DNA of 63,291 nt, the filler included, from Conidiobolus incongruus B7586 (taxonomy: Eukaryota), in the NCBI GenBank assembly GCA_000697335.1. It is 7 parts of 7 records of this genome, joined end to end, with 100 filler letters (N's around TTAATTAATTAA, not from the genome) between each part and the next. Parts side by side here need not be neighbours in the genome. Positions count along the whole stretch, not along the records: positions 14,921 to 29,776 come from JNEM01006379.1; positions 29,877 to 32,534 come from JNEM01006380.1; positions 32,635 to 45,989 come from JNEM01006383.1; 4 more parts are not named here. One strand, written 5' to 3'. Under the pieces are notes generated by a model that was not told the DNA's origin, did no database searches, and saw only the letters and a program-made list of their open reading frames with translations. The position numbers and the translations under genes were made by a program. Positions 24,976-39,078 of the stretch are shown here, piece after piece (within the stretch, counting starts at the first letter, position 1; the number at the start of each line of letters is the position of its first letter).

Positions 24976-27719
24976 ATTGTCGGAATGAAATTACTGATAT
25001 TGAATTATTAAATATGTCCTTGCACTCCATACTGTTTATATACATGTTAGAGTTCGAAATTATTTTCAATTTATTACCAATATAATGACAATAATAATGT
25101 CAATATCATAATTGCCAATAACAACGCTGTCAAAGATTGATTTATACATATGCATAATCATTATATTATTTTTAAACTAATTATTAATTAATTATATATC
25201 AAATATTTACAGGAAATTGAATAATTTTGTTTGAAATTTGTCTATAAATGTTATCTATTTTATATTCATTCATATCAAATTTTCTATTTATCTAATATTT
25301 TAATTATTATTAATTTGTGATAATTATTATTTTTGCCAAAATAATTGTTTTCTCATCAATTTCATCAATAAAATTGATAGTCTTAAATTGTGGTGGTATT
25401 TCCATATTAAATTATGATTGCATTAATTTATATTATGCAACCAAGGAATATAAATGTATAATATTAAATATTGATCACTCTTAACCGACTAATCAGACAT
25501 TTCAAATTCGAGGCTGCATTTTATCTTAGATAAATTTGCATCTTGAATTTTATTGAATATTTTAAATTCTTTTTAAGTTAAATCGGAATTTCATATTCAC
25601 TAACATATTTCCTTCAATAAGGATTACAAATTTTAATTCCTAAAATATTATTTCAATTGAAAAATCTATTTTGGTGTTTTGAATTTATATTATAAAAAAG
25701 ATTATTTTAATATCAAATTTGGTGATTTTTAGTTCAAGTTCGGTAAAACTATGTTTATATATGATATCCGGTAATTATATGTAAAACTATAAACCCTTCA
25801 AACGCTTCAAATTTTCCACTACTTAATATTTTATGCGATGAGTTGCAAAGACCCGAAATTAAAAATACAAGCAAAAAGATCATTGAATTTATCTATTAAT
25901 GCTTCATATATTAGATATTTTATAAAGTATCATGAAAATATAGACATGAAATATAATTTGAGTTATTTCATTTGTAATGATGTTTTAAAAAATTGATTTT
26001 CAGATTCACATTTTTTATATAATCAACCGACATAATTAATAATAATCAATAATTCAGCAATAGAATTATTTTAAGGATGGACCGAGAGCTATCCCGAAAT
26101 TATACTAATTTGAATTATACATTATGTCCTGCATTCAATTTAAAAGTGTATAACGATAGATAGTAATTAAATGTGATAATTTGAGAGATTATAATATCTC
26201 TCAATATTAAAACTTATTAAATATATTTTACTATTTTGATCAAAACAAAATAAATTATCATCTGGTCAATATTTTAAAATAATTTAGTATTTTATATTGA
26301 GCTGATGGATTTATAATATGAAAAATTCTATCAATCAGCAAACATTGATATATTTGATTACTATAATTTAAGTTACATAATAAGCACAAAAGTTCGCAAA
26401 TTTCAAAAAATCATATGATTCAATTATATTAAGTTGGAATTAAGTTAACAGTACCTTTTAGAAGAAAATATCTTAATACGTAATCATTACGAAATAGAAA
26501 TAATGATATATTATTAATAATTAATCCTTTTAAAATTTAATACTTTCTCAATTATTTTCATTTTTGTGTATTAAATTTAGGTTTTAATTTTGACATAAAC
26601 TCAACTGTTAATTTCTTGTTGAAAAAATCCAATGTTTTTTAATTTTGAGCATATAATTTCCAATTAGCAATATTAACAATATATTAAAATTTTATGAAGA
26701 ATTTAAAAACCGAGAGATATGGTTGAATTTCTAATGAACTTTATTTAAAATAATATTTCAATATTACCATTGATTTTGAAAATTTTAATCACAATTTAGT
26801 ATATAATTTATTAAATTATCAATTTGAAAAATTTATGTACATAATTAAAAAATGAATTCTATTTTTATAAAGCATGAGATTGAATATTGGGTTTAAAGTT
26901 ATCTGAAAATAATAATAATAAATAATATATCTACTAACTAGATACATTAATTTACTGATATATTAACTATATATATTTTAACCCATTGGGTTTGAATTCT
27001 GGAATTGAAAATATTTTCTAAAATTATTTCAGAATTTAATAAACACAAAAATAATAAAATATATATATTTGAATTTGCAGAATAGAAATGCTCTAATTAA
27101 ATTTCTAAAGATTAAAATAGTTCATAATTTAGACATTATCAAAATAAGGCTATTCAGGTTCATACTCATAAAAATTTAAGGGCATTAAATTATACACTAG
27201 CCAGTGGAAATGGATTAATCTACTTATTTACTGCTATTCTATATACCCACATCACCTGAAAAGTATTTTATATAGTTATAAGACAATATATTCAACCAAT
27301 GTCAAATAATAAGGATTTCATCAAGCCTCATTGAATACTACCCAATATAATTTATAACAAATCTTTCAATTCTAATTCTTACAAAAAAATTTCTCTTGAA
27401 TTTGGGATAAGATAAGAATATATAGAGCTCTTGTTATGATTCTATATATTTAACTATATTAAATAATATATACATTTTAATCTAATCAATTTGGTTGGAA
27501 AATTTTAAAGTCAAAATATTCTATTAAATTAATTCTTTGTTAAATTATTAGATATTCAATCTTTGATATATTATGATATATGGTATTCTCAATAATGTTA
27601 AGGTATTTGATTTAATAAAACATATGAATTCAACAATAAAAATTAGTTCTAAATTTTGTAAAGAATATTCTTTTGCAATAATATTTGTTATAAATTTGAA
27701 TAATTCAATTATTTCTATA

Positions 27720-28345
27720 CTAGTTGTATATAAAATAATGGTACTTTCTGGGCTAAACCTAAATGTTTTGGTATTTTTTTCAATTTTGAACTGTTTTTGA
27801 ATATAATTTGGTCTCGGTCCTGGAGCTAATGATGTGGCTATCATACTTATTATGGGTAGACATGACATTGGAGTTCCTGGTATTATATTGTAAGCAGCTT
27901 TATTTACAACCCATGTATATAAAATTTTCAATCCTGTTGGAAAAATATCTATATTTTCGGAGATCTGGAAAATATCCATTCTTGTAAATATTTATATCCC
28001 CAAACATAATTGAAATTAATGCTCCCATTGGAAAATAACCACAAGTCTCTTATCGTAATTTCCTGGAGCTACTATTGTGGCTATTTTACTTTCACAGCTT
28101 TTTTTACAGCTTTATCAACAGTTTTACTTTTGCCCTCTCCCAAGCTCATAGAGATAGCTTTTCCATTTTACCATTTTTGTTCTTACAAACCAAATCAGTA
28201 CTTGCAATGACATTAAAATTTAATTCAAATCTAAAATGGTCAAGAACTTTAACATAGAATATTTTAGCGGCTATAGCTGGGCCGTAAATTTTCCCTACTA
28301 AGTCCTCAATGGAATTCAGTACAAACAATTATGGTGTATCAGTAT
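27720..28345 (-). pseudogene. Subtilisin pseudogene fragment (C-terminal half)
   Basis: Remnants GKIYGPAIAAKIFYVKVLD, ISMSLGEGKSKTVDKAVKKAVK, DIFPTGLKILYTWV...NIIPGTPMS. Frameshifted and the catalytic Ser motif is lost. Confidence 0.8.
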
Positions 28346-29319
28346 TAATAAAAGATTGATTTTAAAATATCATAATTTAATATTTAAATAAAGAAATTTC
28401 AAAGAAATAGCTATTCAACCAATATTCTGTTAAGTTTATCAAATAAAATATTTGGTTAATTATTTGTTTTATAGATTACATCTTAAATTTTTTAATTAAT
28501 ATAGTTATTTAAATATAATATTAATATGTCTAATGATTATGACATTAGGTTAATATAATAAGAATTAAAATACCAATTATTATTAAAAGTGTTTATTGAA
28601 AAATCAATTTAAAAATTATTTCATTTATAATTGATCAAAGTTTTCTCTTTATATTCTTATTAAATATTTAATTCCATTAATCTTTTTGGTTATAAACTGT
28701 TATTAAGAGTTTTATTTTTATTTTATATTAAAATTTTATATCAAAGATATATCTATTTTTATAAAATATAATTTAATATATTTTGTATTAGATGATGACA
28801 AAATTTATTAGACTAATCAAGCAAAGTTAGGGCACAAACAAAGCTAAACTAAGACAAGCTATTAACAAACTGATTATATTAAAATTCACTTATATATAAA
28901 AGGATATAATGTTTAATATATTATCCTAGTGCTGGAAACTAGGATAATTATATTGAATTAAGTTAGGGAGTTGATAAATTATAAAATTAGAATATAGATA
29001 TATAGAGTTTAATTGAAAGCTTTTAATAAAGATTTGGAATTAATTTTCTTCAAATAAATTAATAAATGGAGAGTTTAAATAAATAGTTAATATTCTTTAG
29101 ATTAATCCCCTGTTTTTTATTTTAGGATAAGAATGGATTAATTTAAAGGAAAGTAGGATAAAAGTTAAAATATAGATAAGCTAATAATAAAGATAAATAT
29201 ATATAAACCAATTTAGGTAGGGACATGATATTTAATTCAATTTTATAGATAAATTATATTGAAATTATGGAAATTTAAAAAATTATTATAGATTTGTGTT
29301 ATATATATATATATAAACA

Positions 29320-29776
29320 CTACCTTATAAAAATAAGTTAGAAAATTAAAATTACTTATATATTTACCTATATTTTAAATAATTCTTAAATAAAACAAGT
29401 TAAATCAAAATATATAATATATATATATTATTTGATTATAATTAACTCGATTTGATAATATTATATTAATTATTGATTAATATATTCAAATATAAAATTT
29501 AACCAAAATAAGTTATAAATTTCTAGATTTAAAAGTTAAAAGGGTATAAATAACAAAATTTATATATAACTTTTTTTTCTTTTGTTATATTATATATATT
29601 ATAAAGCTATTAACTTAATATTTTAAAATTAGTATTATAATACTTAAATCTCTCTCCAAAAAAGTTTATTTAAATATTAATCAACTTTATAATAAAAATA
29701 AATCAACTTATAAGGTTATTAAAACTATTAATATTAGTTGATTTATTATAGATAAGGTTATTAACAGCAATATTAA
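29320..29776 (+). mobile_element. Left end of a Tc1 (DD34E) copy, running into an assembly gap
   Basis: Colinear with about 61406-61870 and 58330-58780. Preceded by a (TA)n run. Confidence 0.8.
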
Positions 29777-29876
29777 NNNNNNNNNNNNNNNNNNNNNNNN
29801 NNNNNNNNNNNNNNNNNNNNTTAATTAATTAANNNNNNNNNNNNNNNNNNNNNNNNNNNNNNNNNNNNNNNNNNNN

Positions 29877-30477
29877 CCAAATCGAAAATCAACACGTTCT
29901 TTTCACCTTTAGCCTGTTTGTCTAAGCCATAAGCAATAGCAGCAGCAGTGGGTTCGTTGATAATACGGAGGACATTCAAACCAGCAATAACACCGGCATC
30001 CTTGGTAGCTTGACGTTGAGAATCGTTAAAATATGCAGGGACAGTAATAACTGCATTAGTGACTTTGGTTCCAAGATAAGCTTCAGCAACTTCGCGCATC
30101 TTAACCAAGACCATAGATGAAATTTCTTCGGGAGTGAAAGTCTTTTTCTCACCCTTGTATTCAACTTGGATCTTAGGTAAGCCATTGCTGTCAATAACTT
30201 TGAAGGGCCAGTGCTTCATATCACTCTGAACCTCATCGTCAGCGAAACGACGTCCAATCATACGTTTAGCGTCGAAAACTGTATTAGCGGGATTCATTGC
30301 AACTTGATTTTTGGCAGCATCACCGATCAATCTTTCAGTGTCGGTGAAAGCAACATATGATGGAGTAGTACGATTACCCTGGTCATTAGCAATAATCTCT
30401 ACACGATCATTTTGCCAAACACCGACACAAGAGTAAGTAGTACCTAAATCAATACCAATTGCGTAACTTTTAGTCAT
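29877..30477 (-). CDS. HSP70: Cytosolic Hsp70 (SSA-type), N-terminal 200 codons; remainder lost in the assembly gap
   Basis: [78 protein letters not shown]. No signal or transit peptide. Confidence 0.97.
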
Positions 30478-32179
30478 TTTAGATAAATCTACAACTTATT
30501 CAAATTTTTTGATAATACAATGAAATAACAGGAATCTTTTTATTAAAATTGGACAATAATTTTGGTTTGTGGCAATCTTTACTGAGTTGTTTATATAATA
30601 TTTTGAAATAATGATAACTTAAGATTAATTTGAAATGATGTCATTAAGACTCATCTGAGTTTAAACTCTTGTTCAAGTTTAGCTTTTCGGATTATCATGA
30701 TACCATCATGATATGATTTCATTAATAGAAATTTGTGATTGATTAATGAGTTTATCAAAGGATTTAAAAAATGGTAATATCTATATTTATACATAATGAA
30801 AATTCGATCTTTTTTACAAATTTAATTGATCAAAATTATAATTTTGAATACATATTTATATTTACAATAATTAAAAATTTTGATATTAGAATCTTTTCAA
30901 TTAAATTTTGATTTAATTATTACAATATCTATCTATTTTGATGAGCTTAATATGTATTCATCCAAGTCAAAACAATGACCATTTTTTTACATAATATTGA
31001 CTTTGCCTGTCTTCTGGTAGATTCTACAAAATTTTAAACTAGTCTTCCATATTATTTTAAGTAATTTTGAAATTTTAATTACTTATTAACATTAATTTCA
31101 TAATTTTCATAATTTATAAATTACAATTATCTTAATTTACATTCCACCAATTTTTCTCACTAAAATTTTTAAATTTATTTATTAGAAATATCTAAACAAA
31201 AATAGAAATATTGAAAACTTAAAATCACGTGATTTATTGGCAATTTCCAAAATTTGCATAAATCATTTTAATAATAAAATAATTTCAAAATTTAATATTC
31301 AATCTATTTAAATTGATTAAACTTGTTATATTTTATTTAATTATAGATTCATATTTCTGATTAATTTATAAAGATATGCTAATAAAAATATCACAATACT
31401 CGAATATCTATATAATGATTGATATTAAAAATAAATTCATTTGAATATTTTTTTTATTTTTTACTTATATTTATATTTATATTTATTTAGAATAGGGATT
31501 TAATTAATACAATTTAAATTTATTCATAACCATCATAATTTGATTATTTGTCATTCTATGGGCGATTTTAAGTACTAGATCCTTCGAAATAAAATAGTTG
31601 ATCGAAAACATTAAATATGTTTTATATATTAATTGGACAACTATATCAATCATTGTAATAAAAATATACTTATTGATTAAAAAACTGATTTTTTGATAAA
31701 TATATAACTAATAATAAAGTTGATAAATTTTTGGCTAAAGGAAATATTCATACTTAATATTTTTGAAAAATATTAATTCAGTCATTTTAAACTTAAGTCA
31801 AATTAATAATTTTTTAAATGATTTCTAGCATTTTGATATTATAGTAATATATATGTACTTCTGACTAAAATAATAATTACCAAAAGATTAATTATGGAAT
31901 TTCTTGTATAATTCCATATTTAATTCAATTTAACAACTTATATTAAAAATCTAAAGGTAATTATTTAGATAAAATCATTGAATAAACTAATAACAATGGT
32001 TTCTCACCTTTTTTCTTAATATCTTACCCTTATTCTTTTATTATTGATATTTATCTTTTTTTATGATTTATATCTATTTTTAATAATATTATAATAAATA
32101 TACTGATATTAATATAGAAATTAAATAATATTATAATTTTAAAATTATAATTAAAATTAAATTATTAATGTATATTGAT

Positions 32180-32534
32180 AAAGACCTACATATAATATAA
32201 ATTTAATATTTTTTATTAATATTAACTTTTTGCAATATTTTTGGGTAATCTTTTAATATTTAAAAATAACTCTTTTTATTAACAATTATAATTAGATAAT
32301 TTATAAATTAATTTAATTAATTAGCAAGAATTATTTTTTTGGAGTATATTATTTAAAAGCTTAAAATAATTATAATTATATAGGTTATAATTTAGTAAAT
32401 ATTTTAGATATGAAAGTATTTTAACTTATTATATACTAAACTTTTAATAGGTTTAATTTAATATATTTTATAATTTTTTTATAAAATATTCAATAACTTT
32501 ATTTTTTTGCTAAAAATAATAATTCAAAATTATT
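32180..32534 (-). mobile_element. Highly degenerate mariner 3' fragment
   Basis: Aligns by eye to about 59010-59370 (ttaactttttgc, aataattataattatataggttataatt). Truncated by the gap. Confidence 0.55.
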
Positions 32535-33264
32535 NNNNNNNNNNNNNNNNNNNNNNNNNNNNNNNNNNNNNNNNNNNNTTAATTAATTAANNNNNNNNNN
32601 NNNNNNNNNNNNNNNNNNNNNNNNNNNNNNNNNNTTTAATTATAGTAAATATGAAACTTTATATATATTCATTATTATTTCATAATTATAATAAATTATT
32701 TTTAATTAAAAATAAAAATTCTATTTATTTAATTTATTTTTTTATATAAAAATTATAATAATGCCATATTGATTTAAGTGTATAATTCTTATATTAAAAT
32801 ATATTATTATTTTAAAACCACTATTTTTAATGATATATATATCAGTTTTTTGAAAAAAGCTATTTTATTTTTATATAGTTAAAATTAAATAATTGCTATA
32901 CTATGTATTTTAATAAATTCCATTTATTTTATAATGATTAATAATAATTTTAATAACAAACTTGAGAGTTAATTATGAATAGTAAAATGATTTGTGTATG
33001 ACTTATAGAGATTATATTATATCAAAATAACAAAAAAAATATGTGATAGTTCCACTTTGAAATCAAAATTCATCCTAAATAGAAACTAGATTGGCGTTTA
33101 ATTAATTAATTATCTTAGATACAAATTTATCACGCCCTATAATTAAGGTGGTTTCTTTATCGTAATGTTTTAAATTTGAATAGAGAAGGAAGAAAATATA
33201 ATATTGAAAAAAAAATTATGGTTAATGAATGCATTGATGGTATTAAAATATATTTAAATAATAA

Positions 33265-33921
33265 TTAATCAACGTTACATTGTTCCTTGATAAAGTCGAA
33301 AAGACCCTTGGCATCAAGTAACTGGTGAACATAAATGGTGGGAACTAAGGCAGGATCATCAATTTGTTTGACCAAGTCCTTGTTGCATTGATTGCAAATT
33401 TCTTCATCCTTATATTGTGAAATATCAACGCCAACGGAGTGAGCTTGGTAGTGGACTTGGGCTCTAAAGAGTTTTTCTAAGCAAGTTACTTTATCATCAG
33501 TCTTTCTGCAAGCAAGTTTGGCATTTTCTAAATTGGCCCATGATCTATAAACAAGATTTTTAGCTGGAATTTTGGAAGAGGAGGGACGGCTTTGGTCATT
33601 TTTAGTCTGGGGACACCAGTTTTGGATATAACTGGAGGCAGCGATAGTAGGCAAAAAGCAGCTGTCGCTACATATGGTATCCATACTGCTGAAGTAAAGG
33701 GAGGAGCTGTTGTAGCAGTTAGGGAAGAATTTGTTGAAATAATCGTTCAAAATAGAGACCACTTGGGGATTCTCACAGAGACACTTGGGCCCATTGATGT
33801 GGTCAGTGAATTTATTTTGAGTGACAGCACATTTATTCTCATAAGAGTCATTATCACTCTGGGCGAAGACAAAGGATATTGATGAAAAAGAAACGAATAA
33901 GTTGATGAGATTGAGTTTCAT
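33265..33921 (-). CDS. Secreted cysteine-rich hypothetical protein, 218 aa
   Basis: Intronless GC-rich ORF with a hydrophobic signal peptide ending VFA-Q and 12 Cys, including CxC, CxxxC and CxxC. Confidence 0.85.
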   Translation of the reverse strand: MKLNLINLFVSFSSISFVFAQSDNDSYENKCAVTQNKFTDHINGPKCLCENPQVVSILNDYFNKFFPNCYNSSSLYFSSMDTICSDSCFLPTIAASSYIQNWCPQTKNDQSRPSSSKIPAKNLVYRSWANLENAKLACRKTDDKVTCLEKLFRAQVHYQAHSVGVDISQYKDEEICNQCNKDLVKQIDDPALVPTIYVHQLLDAKGLFDFIKEQCNVD

Positions 33922-36305
33922 AATAAAAAAAGATCAAATATCCACAATTTTGCTTGCTCAAACTCTTAGGATGAGCGATCTATTTATAGTTGCAATATTC
34001 GCGCATATTCTGATGGACTTTTGGGTTGGATTCTCCTATTTGCAAAATACTCTCATCCTGTTAATTTTAATCAGCCAATTAAATTTAAGACGAATCTAAT
34101 TTTGGATGACATTTGATTGGATGCATTGCTGAAATCATCTTATGTTTCACATAAATTACCACCATTATCAAGTTTGATAAATCAAATATCATATTCACTC
34201 TTAATATCAGCTAAATATAAATTAGATTAACAAAGATTATTTATTCACATATTAAATCATCAATAATATGTTAAATATTGATATTAATACAGACATTTTT
34301 ACTGTATTTTTCATAATGATTTTAAATCAGTTTAATTGACATAGAATACATAAATTTAAATAATATTAAAATTGAGTTACATGATGTATAATTAATTATA
34401 TTGTTATTAATATTCAGATCTGTTTATGCCTTTATATCAGTATCATTATATGGTAAATGGTTTTCCTATCAAAACGATAAATTTGAATAAGTTTGATTCA
34501 ATTATTTGGATTTTTGAATTAAATAATTAGAAATTCAAGTACTATATAATGAACTTTATTAATAAATATTATCCCAAATTTATATAATTGGCTTACATAC
34601 TTTATTCTATAAATGATGGAATTTAATATTAAATATATAAAAAATAATCATCAAAATTATATCAAATACTAATTATTCAATATTGAATTCTTTGATCTTG
34701 TTTCACTCAATATTATTTTGGAATTTTGATAATTATAACCTAAACTTATCCTTAAATTTAGATTATTTAAAGTGAAAATAGTATAATTAATCTTAATTAA
34801 AATAAAATGATATAACTAGTCATGTTAAGATTAAATTTTGTTTTTATATTAATTATATTATTAATTAAAATAAAACTTAATCAAAATAATTGAAACAGAT
34901 AACTATATGAATTACCATATATTAAAGAATTATTGAAATATATCATTTTTTTCATTATATAAACATTTTAGTGTCAAACCCAAATATATAAATTTCAATT
35001 AAATACTTGGGCATATTAAGCAAACTTTATTGTTTAAATATTTAATTAATTTTATCTGAAATGTTATAAAGTTAAATAATTTTAAAATCCGATATAGTAA
35101 TAAATTAAATGATGTAACTATCATCAACTTGTTTTTTTCTGAATATTGCAATTATTTGAGTACCTTGAATATTCCTACAAAGTACAAAATGATATAGTTA
35201 TCTATTATTGAGGAATATCATGACTAACGGTATAAACAGAGTGGAGTTAATACTTATTATATCACTATCAACGAGCATAGTAGAATTCAGGTATGAAGAG
35301 ATAAAGCTTAATTATGATAATTATTACAAGTTTAATCATAAATTAATTAATATTAATGAATAATAAATTATAATAGCAGCCTTTTGTGTGACAAGATAGT
35401 TATCAATTGTGATACAACATATTAAATTTTATCAAATATTGTTTTTCAGTCATGTGAGAATATTTTATTAAATAAATGAAATAAATATTATATCTTTATC
35501 AAACCTTTTTTATTCAATTAATTGATTTTATAAAGTATATTTTAAAAAATATTTGATAATATAAAATAGAGTATATAAATTTATTAGAAATAACTTAAAA
35601 ATTATATCAATATTCTATGATATAAAATTCATGATATTTGTATAAAATAAACAATGATTTTATGAATGAAATAAATACTTGAAAATGGTTAAAAGTTGGA
35701 ACATTATTCTAATAATTTCAACCAAAATTAATTAATATCTTTAGATTTAATTATATTATAATGTATTTAGTAAAATTTTAACAATATTAGATTAAAATAA
35801 ATATCCTGCATTAAATAAATAACTGCAGATTACATTTAAGCATGAAAAAACATTAATATTGCAAATTCAAGTTCAAGAGTGACTGAAATTTGTAAGAGTA
35901 TAGATGCAGAAATCCGGTCCCATATTGTTAATAACATATCCCAGGGTTATATGAATATATTTAAAAGACACTAAAAGTGTGAATTAGGTGTTAAAATCAA
36001 GTCGAATGAGCCACATGATGATCGAATTTATTTAGCAATTATATACCTTAATTCACTAACTAATATTATTAAATTTGCCATAAATAAATTTGTTTTAGAT
36101 CTATCATTTTATTCACGAAGATCAATAAAGATAAAATTTTTAAATTTTTGTTCTTGATAGATATTCTATTGGACAATAGTGATGAATATTGCTTTGAATA
36201 TCAAGCTAAAGTAAACCTCTGAATATCTAATTAATAATTAACAGAATAGATATGATAATAAATATGATGAAATGATTATATTTTCGCTTATTAAATAGTG
36301 GTTTG

Positions 36306-36956
36306 CTATTGGATAGTTTCCATTAGGCTTAATAGCTCATCATCCAATTCTTCCATTTGGATGACGTTTGGATTGCAGCTGATGCCTCCAGTAATTGGAT
36401 GCTTTGAAGGAATACACTGAATACCTATTTCACACAGTTCACAATATGTAAAATTGTACTCGTCGGGTGGTGTGTCGTTATTATTATGATAAGTTGAATC
36501 TGTGCACTGGGTATCAATAGAGTTTCTTGGCGATGATGGTAAGTTGGATGGAGAACTCATCCACCATCCCCAGTGGGAGTTATGGTTTTGATTCTTATTA
36601 GACCAACTTCTTTTTCCTCTGGTAGTCGCGTAGCTAGTCTCTTCTCCTGATGAAGATTCGGAAAAGATTGATTTGCAGTCGCTGAATATCGAATGATTTT
36701 CATCAGTATTGTTGTTTAATTTGGTTATTGATGTGATTTGCTTAGGAAAGATTATCGGTGCTACGTTATTTATAGTAGAGTATTTTGGTTTTTTCCAATA
36801 TTTTTCATATTTGTAATATAAATTAATGACTTTTTGGGTGAGGCTCATCCTTTTACTGTATCCAGAAAAGGTCTTATTTTGATTTGGGACGAATTCAGCA
36901 GCAGCAACTGAATGGCATTCAACACTGACAACTGATGATGTTTTTAATTGATACAT
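36306..36956 (-). CDS. Hypothetical Ser/Asn-rich protein, 216 aa, with a C-terminal CxxC-x5-C-x4-H motif
   Basis: 651-nt ORF in a GC-elevated island. No family recognised. Confidence 0.7.
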   Translation of the reverse strand: MYQLKTSSVVSVECHSVAAAEFVPNQNKTFSGYSKRMSLTQKVINLYYKYEKYWKKPKYSTINNVAPIIFPKQITSITKLNNNTDENHSIFSDCKSIFSESSSGEETSYATTRGKRSWSNKNQNHNSHWGWWMSSPSNLPSSPRNSIDTQCTDSTYHNNNDTPPDEYNFTYCELCEIGIQCIPSKHPITGGISCNPNVIQMEELDDELLSLMETIQ

Positions 36957-38245
36957 GGCTTGTTATCATCAGAAATAGTAAAAATTAACATTTTATACTG
37001 AGTAATCTCAATAGTAAAGGTTTTAGGGGTGAAGAAATTGGGTTCAGACTCAGAAAAGTTTGATATTTATTTACATTTATATAGGGTAGTTACGTTTTAA
37101 GTATATATAGTTAATTCAAATGAATTGTTTATTCTATTTCTAATATTATATAATTAATTGTAATCATTTTGTCATTATAAAATGATATTATGAATATTCA
37201 TACATTTACCCCAGTCTTAAAATATCTCCAAATAATTAATTTAGCCTAATCCACTTGAAATCATCCAATCATTGAACCTAATATATGACTGACAAATGAG
37301 CTAATAATATATTTTTAAGAAAATATTAAATATATAAACCTCTGAATTCTAAACAATATGCAGGATAATTGCAATTGATCGTTTAAGGTAGATATTTATT
37401 TTAATAATATATTGTTAATAAAATTGCCGATCATCATATTAATATTCTATAATTAAAAATTGATTAAAATGATAATATTGGCTTTATTTAATTATTTTAT
37501 TAATTACAATATAAAAATTAGTTCATCAAATTGTTTGAGTTTGATTTCTAATATTAGAAACTGAATTTTCATTTTAAAAACTATTCTGTCATATTCGTAT
37601 AAAAATATTGTGAAATTTTTAGTTTCTAAACATATCATAATAAATATATTTAAAACTTCCTAATATGATGTATGATATTAATTATAAATATCAAAACATT
37701 TGAAATACATTTCATCTCTATTTATTTGAATCACTTTGTACTGTTTGATCTATTAATACCTTTATATATTTTATAACATATAATGGTAAGGTAAATAAGA
37801 ATGAAAATAAGACTTGGGTTCAGTTACAAAATAGGGAACTGAGAAATTCGGATTTCTGTCAATCAAACAGATTACTTAAAATTTTATGAAACTAAATAAG
37901 GCCAATGATTGCTATTTTACTTTGTGAAATTATTATATTTAAGGTTGAAGTTATAATTTAAATGTATATATTAAATCTCAATCAATTCCAATATTAATTC
38001 CTTGACTTGATATTTTATCAATATGATAAAAAATTCTATTACAAAAATTATTAAATTACCAGTTTGTTGCTAATTAAATATAATATATTTGGTATTCATT
38101 ATATTTTAATATCAATTAAACTTAAATATACTTTCATAGATTAAATCTATCATTTTTATTCAAATGCAAATATTAATAATACAGCCCATATAATTGATAT
38201 AAATTGAAATCTAATGTCTTGATGAAATATACATATTCTTGATCA

Positions 38246-38247
<2 letters not shown>

Positions 38248-38276
<29 letters not shown>
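38248..38276. repeat. (AAT)n microsatellite
   Basis: About 9 perfect units. Confidence 0.8.
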
Positions 38277-39078
38277 CATTTGGCTCAAAATACTCCTGTT
38301 ATAAATGCAGCCTTAATGTACATTATTTATCTTTTTTGGTACATTAAATCTAATAAAACATAATCATATGAATATTGAGTATTTATCTAATTAATTTTAA
38401 TATCATTATTGAAATATATTAAATTTATTTTGAGTCATTTATCCAGTGAAAGAAATCATTGAATAATAAAAATAATAAAATCTATAGGAAACTGTTGTTG
38501 TAATAAATTTATATTATTTATGAATGCTTAATATAAAAATCATTAAAATATAATATAATAAAAATTATTATAATATTCAATTACACAAAACTTAAGTAAG
38601 GTTTGTAGAAAATTTAACATCATCATTTTTATATTAAAGGTTCCAAGTTGATATTGAAAATAAAAGTTTCAGTGCATATTAATGGATATGTTTTGAATGA
38701 TAAGAATATAATATTATAGATGTTTTCATTAATTAATTAATTCATTTTTAGAATTAGACTGCAATTTTATTGAGGTTCTGAATAATTATAAAATACTTAT
38801 AAAATATGCTAGCATGTTGAAAAATAGTTAAATTTCAACAATGTTAATAATCTTATTATTGGGATATAATAATAATATTCAATAATAATCGTAAGGTTCT
38901 TGGTATTAATAAAAATTATATTTGAATAATATCAAAAGATCTACATAATAAAATCAAATTTTATAAAAATGAAATTTAATTAACATTTGTTCAAACAATT
39001 TTAACGATTTCAAAAATAGGAAATATTCTCTCTCTGTTATTAAATATAAAAGAGATGGTTCATAGTAAGTATTAAAAT

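Noticed and set aside
31011..31026. Possible heat-shock element (TTCtgGTAgaTTC) upstream of Hsp70
   Set aside because: Imperfect, more than 500 bp upstream, and too likely to occur by chance.
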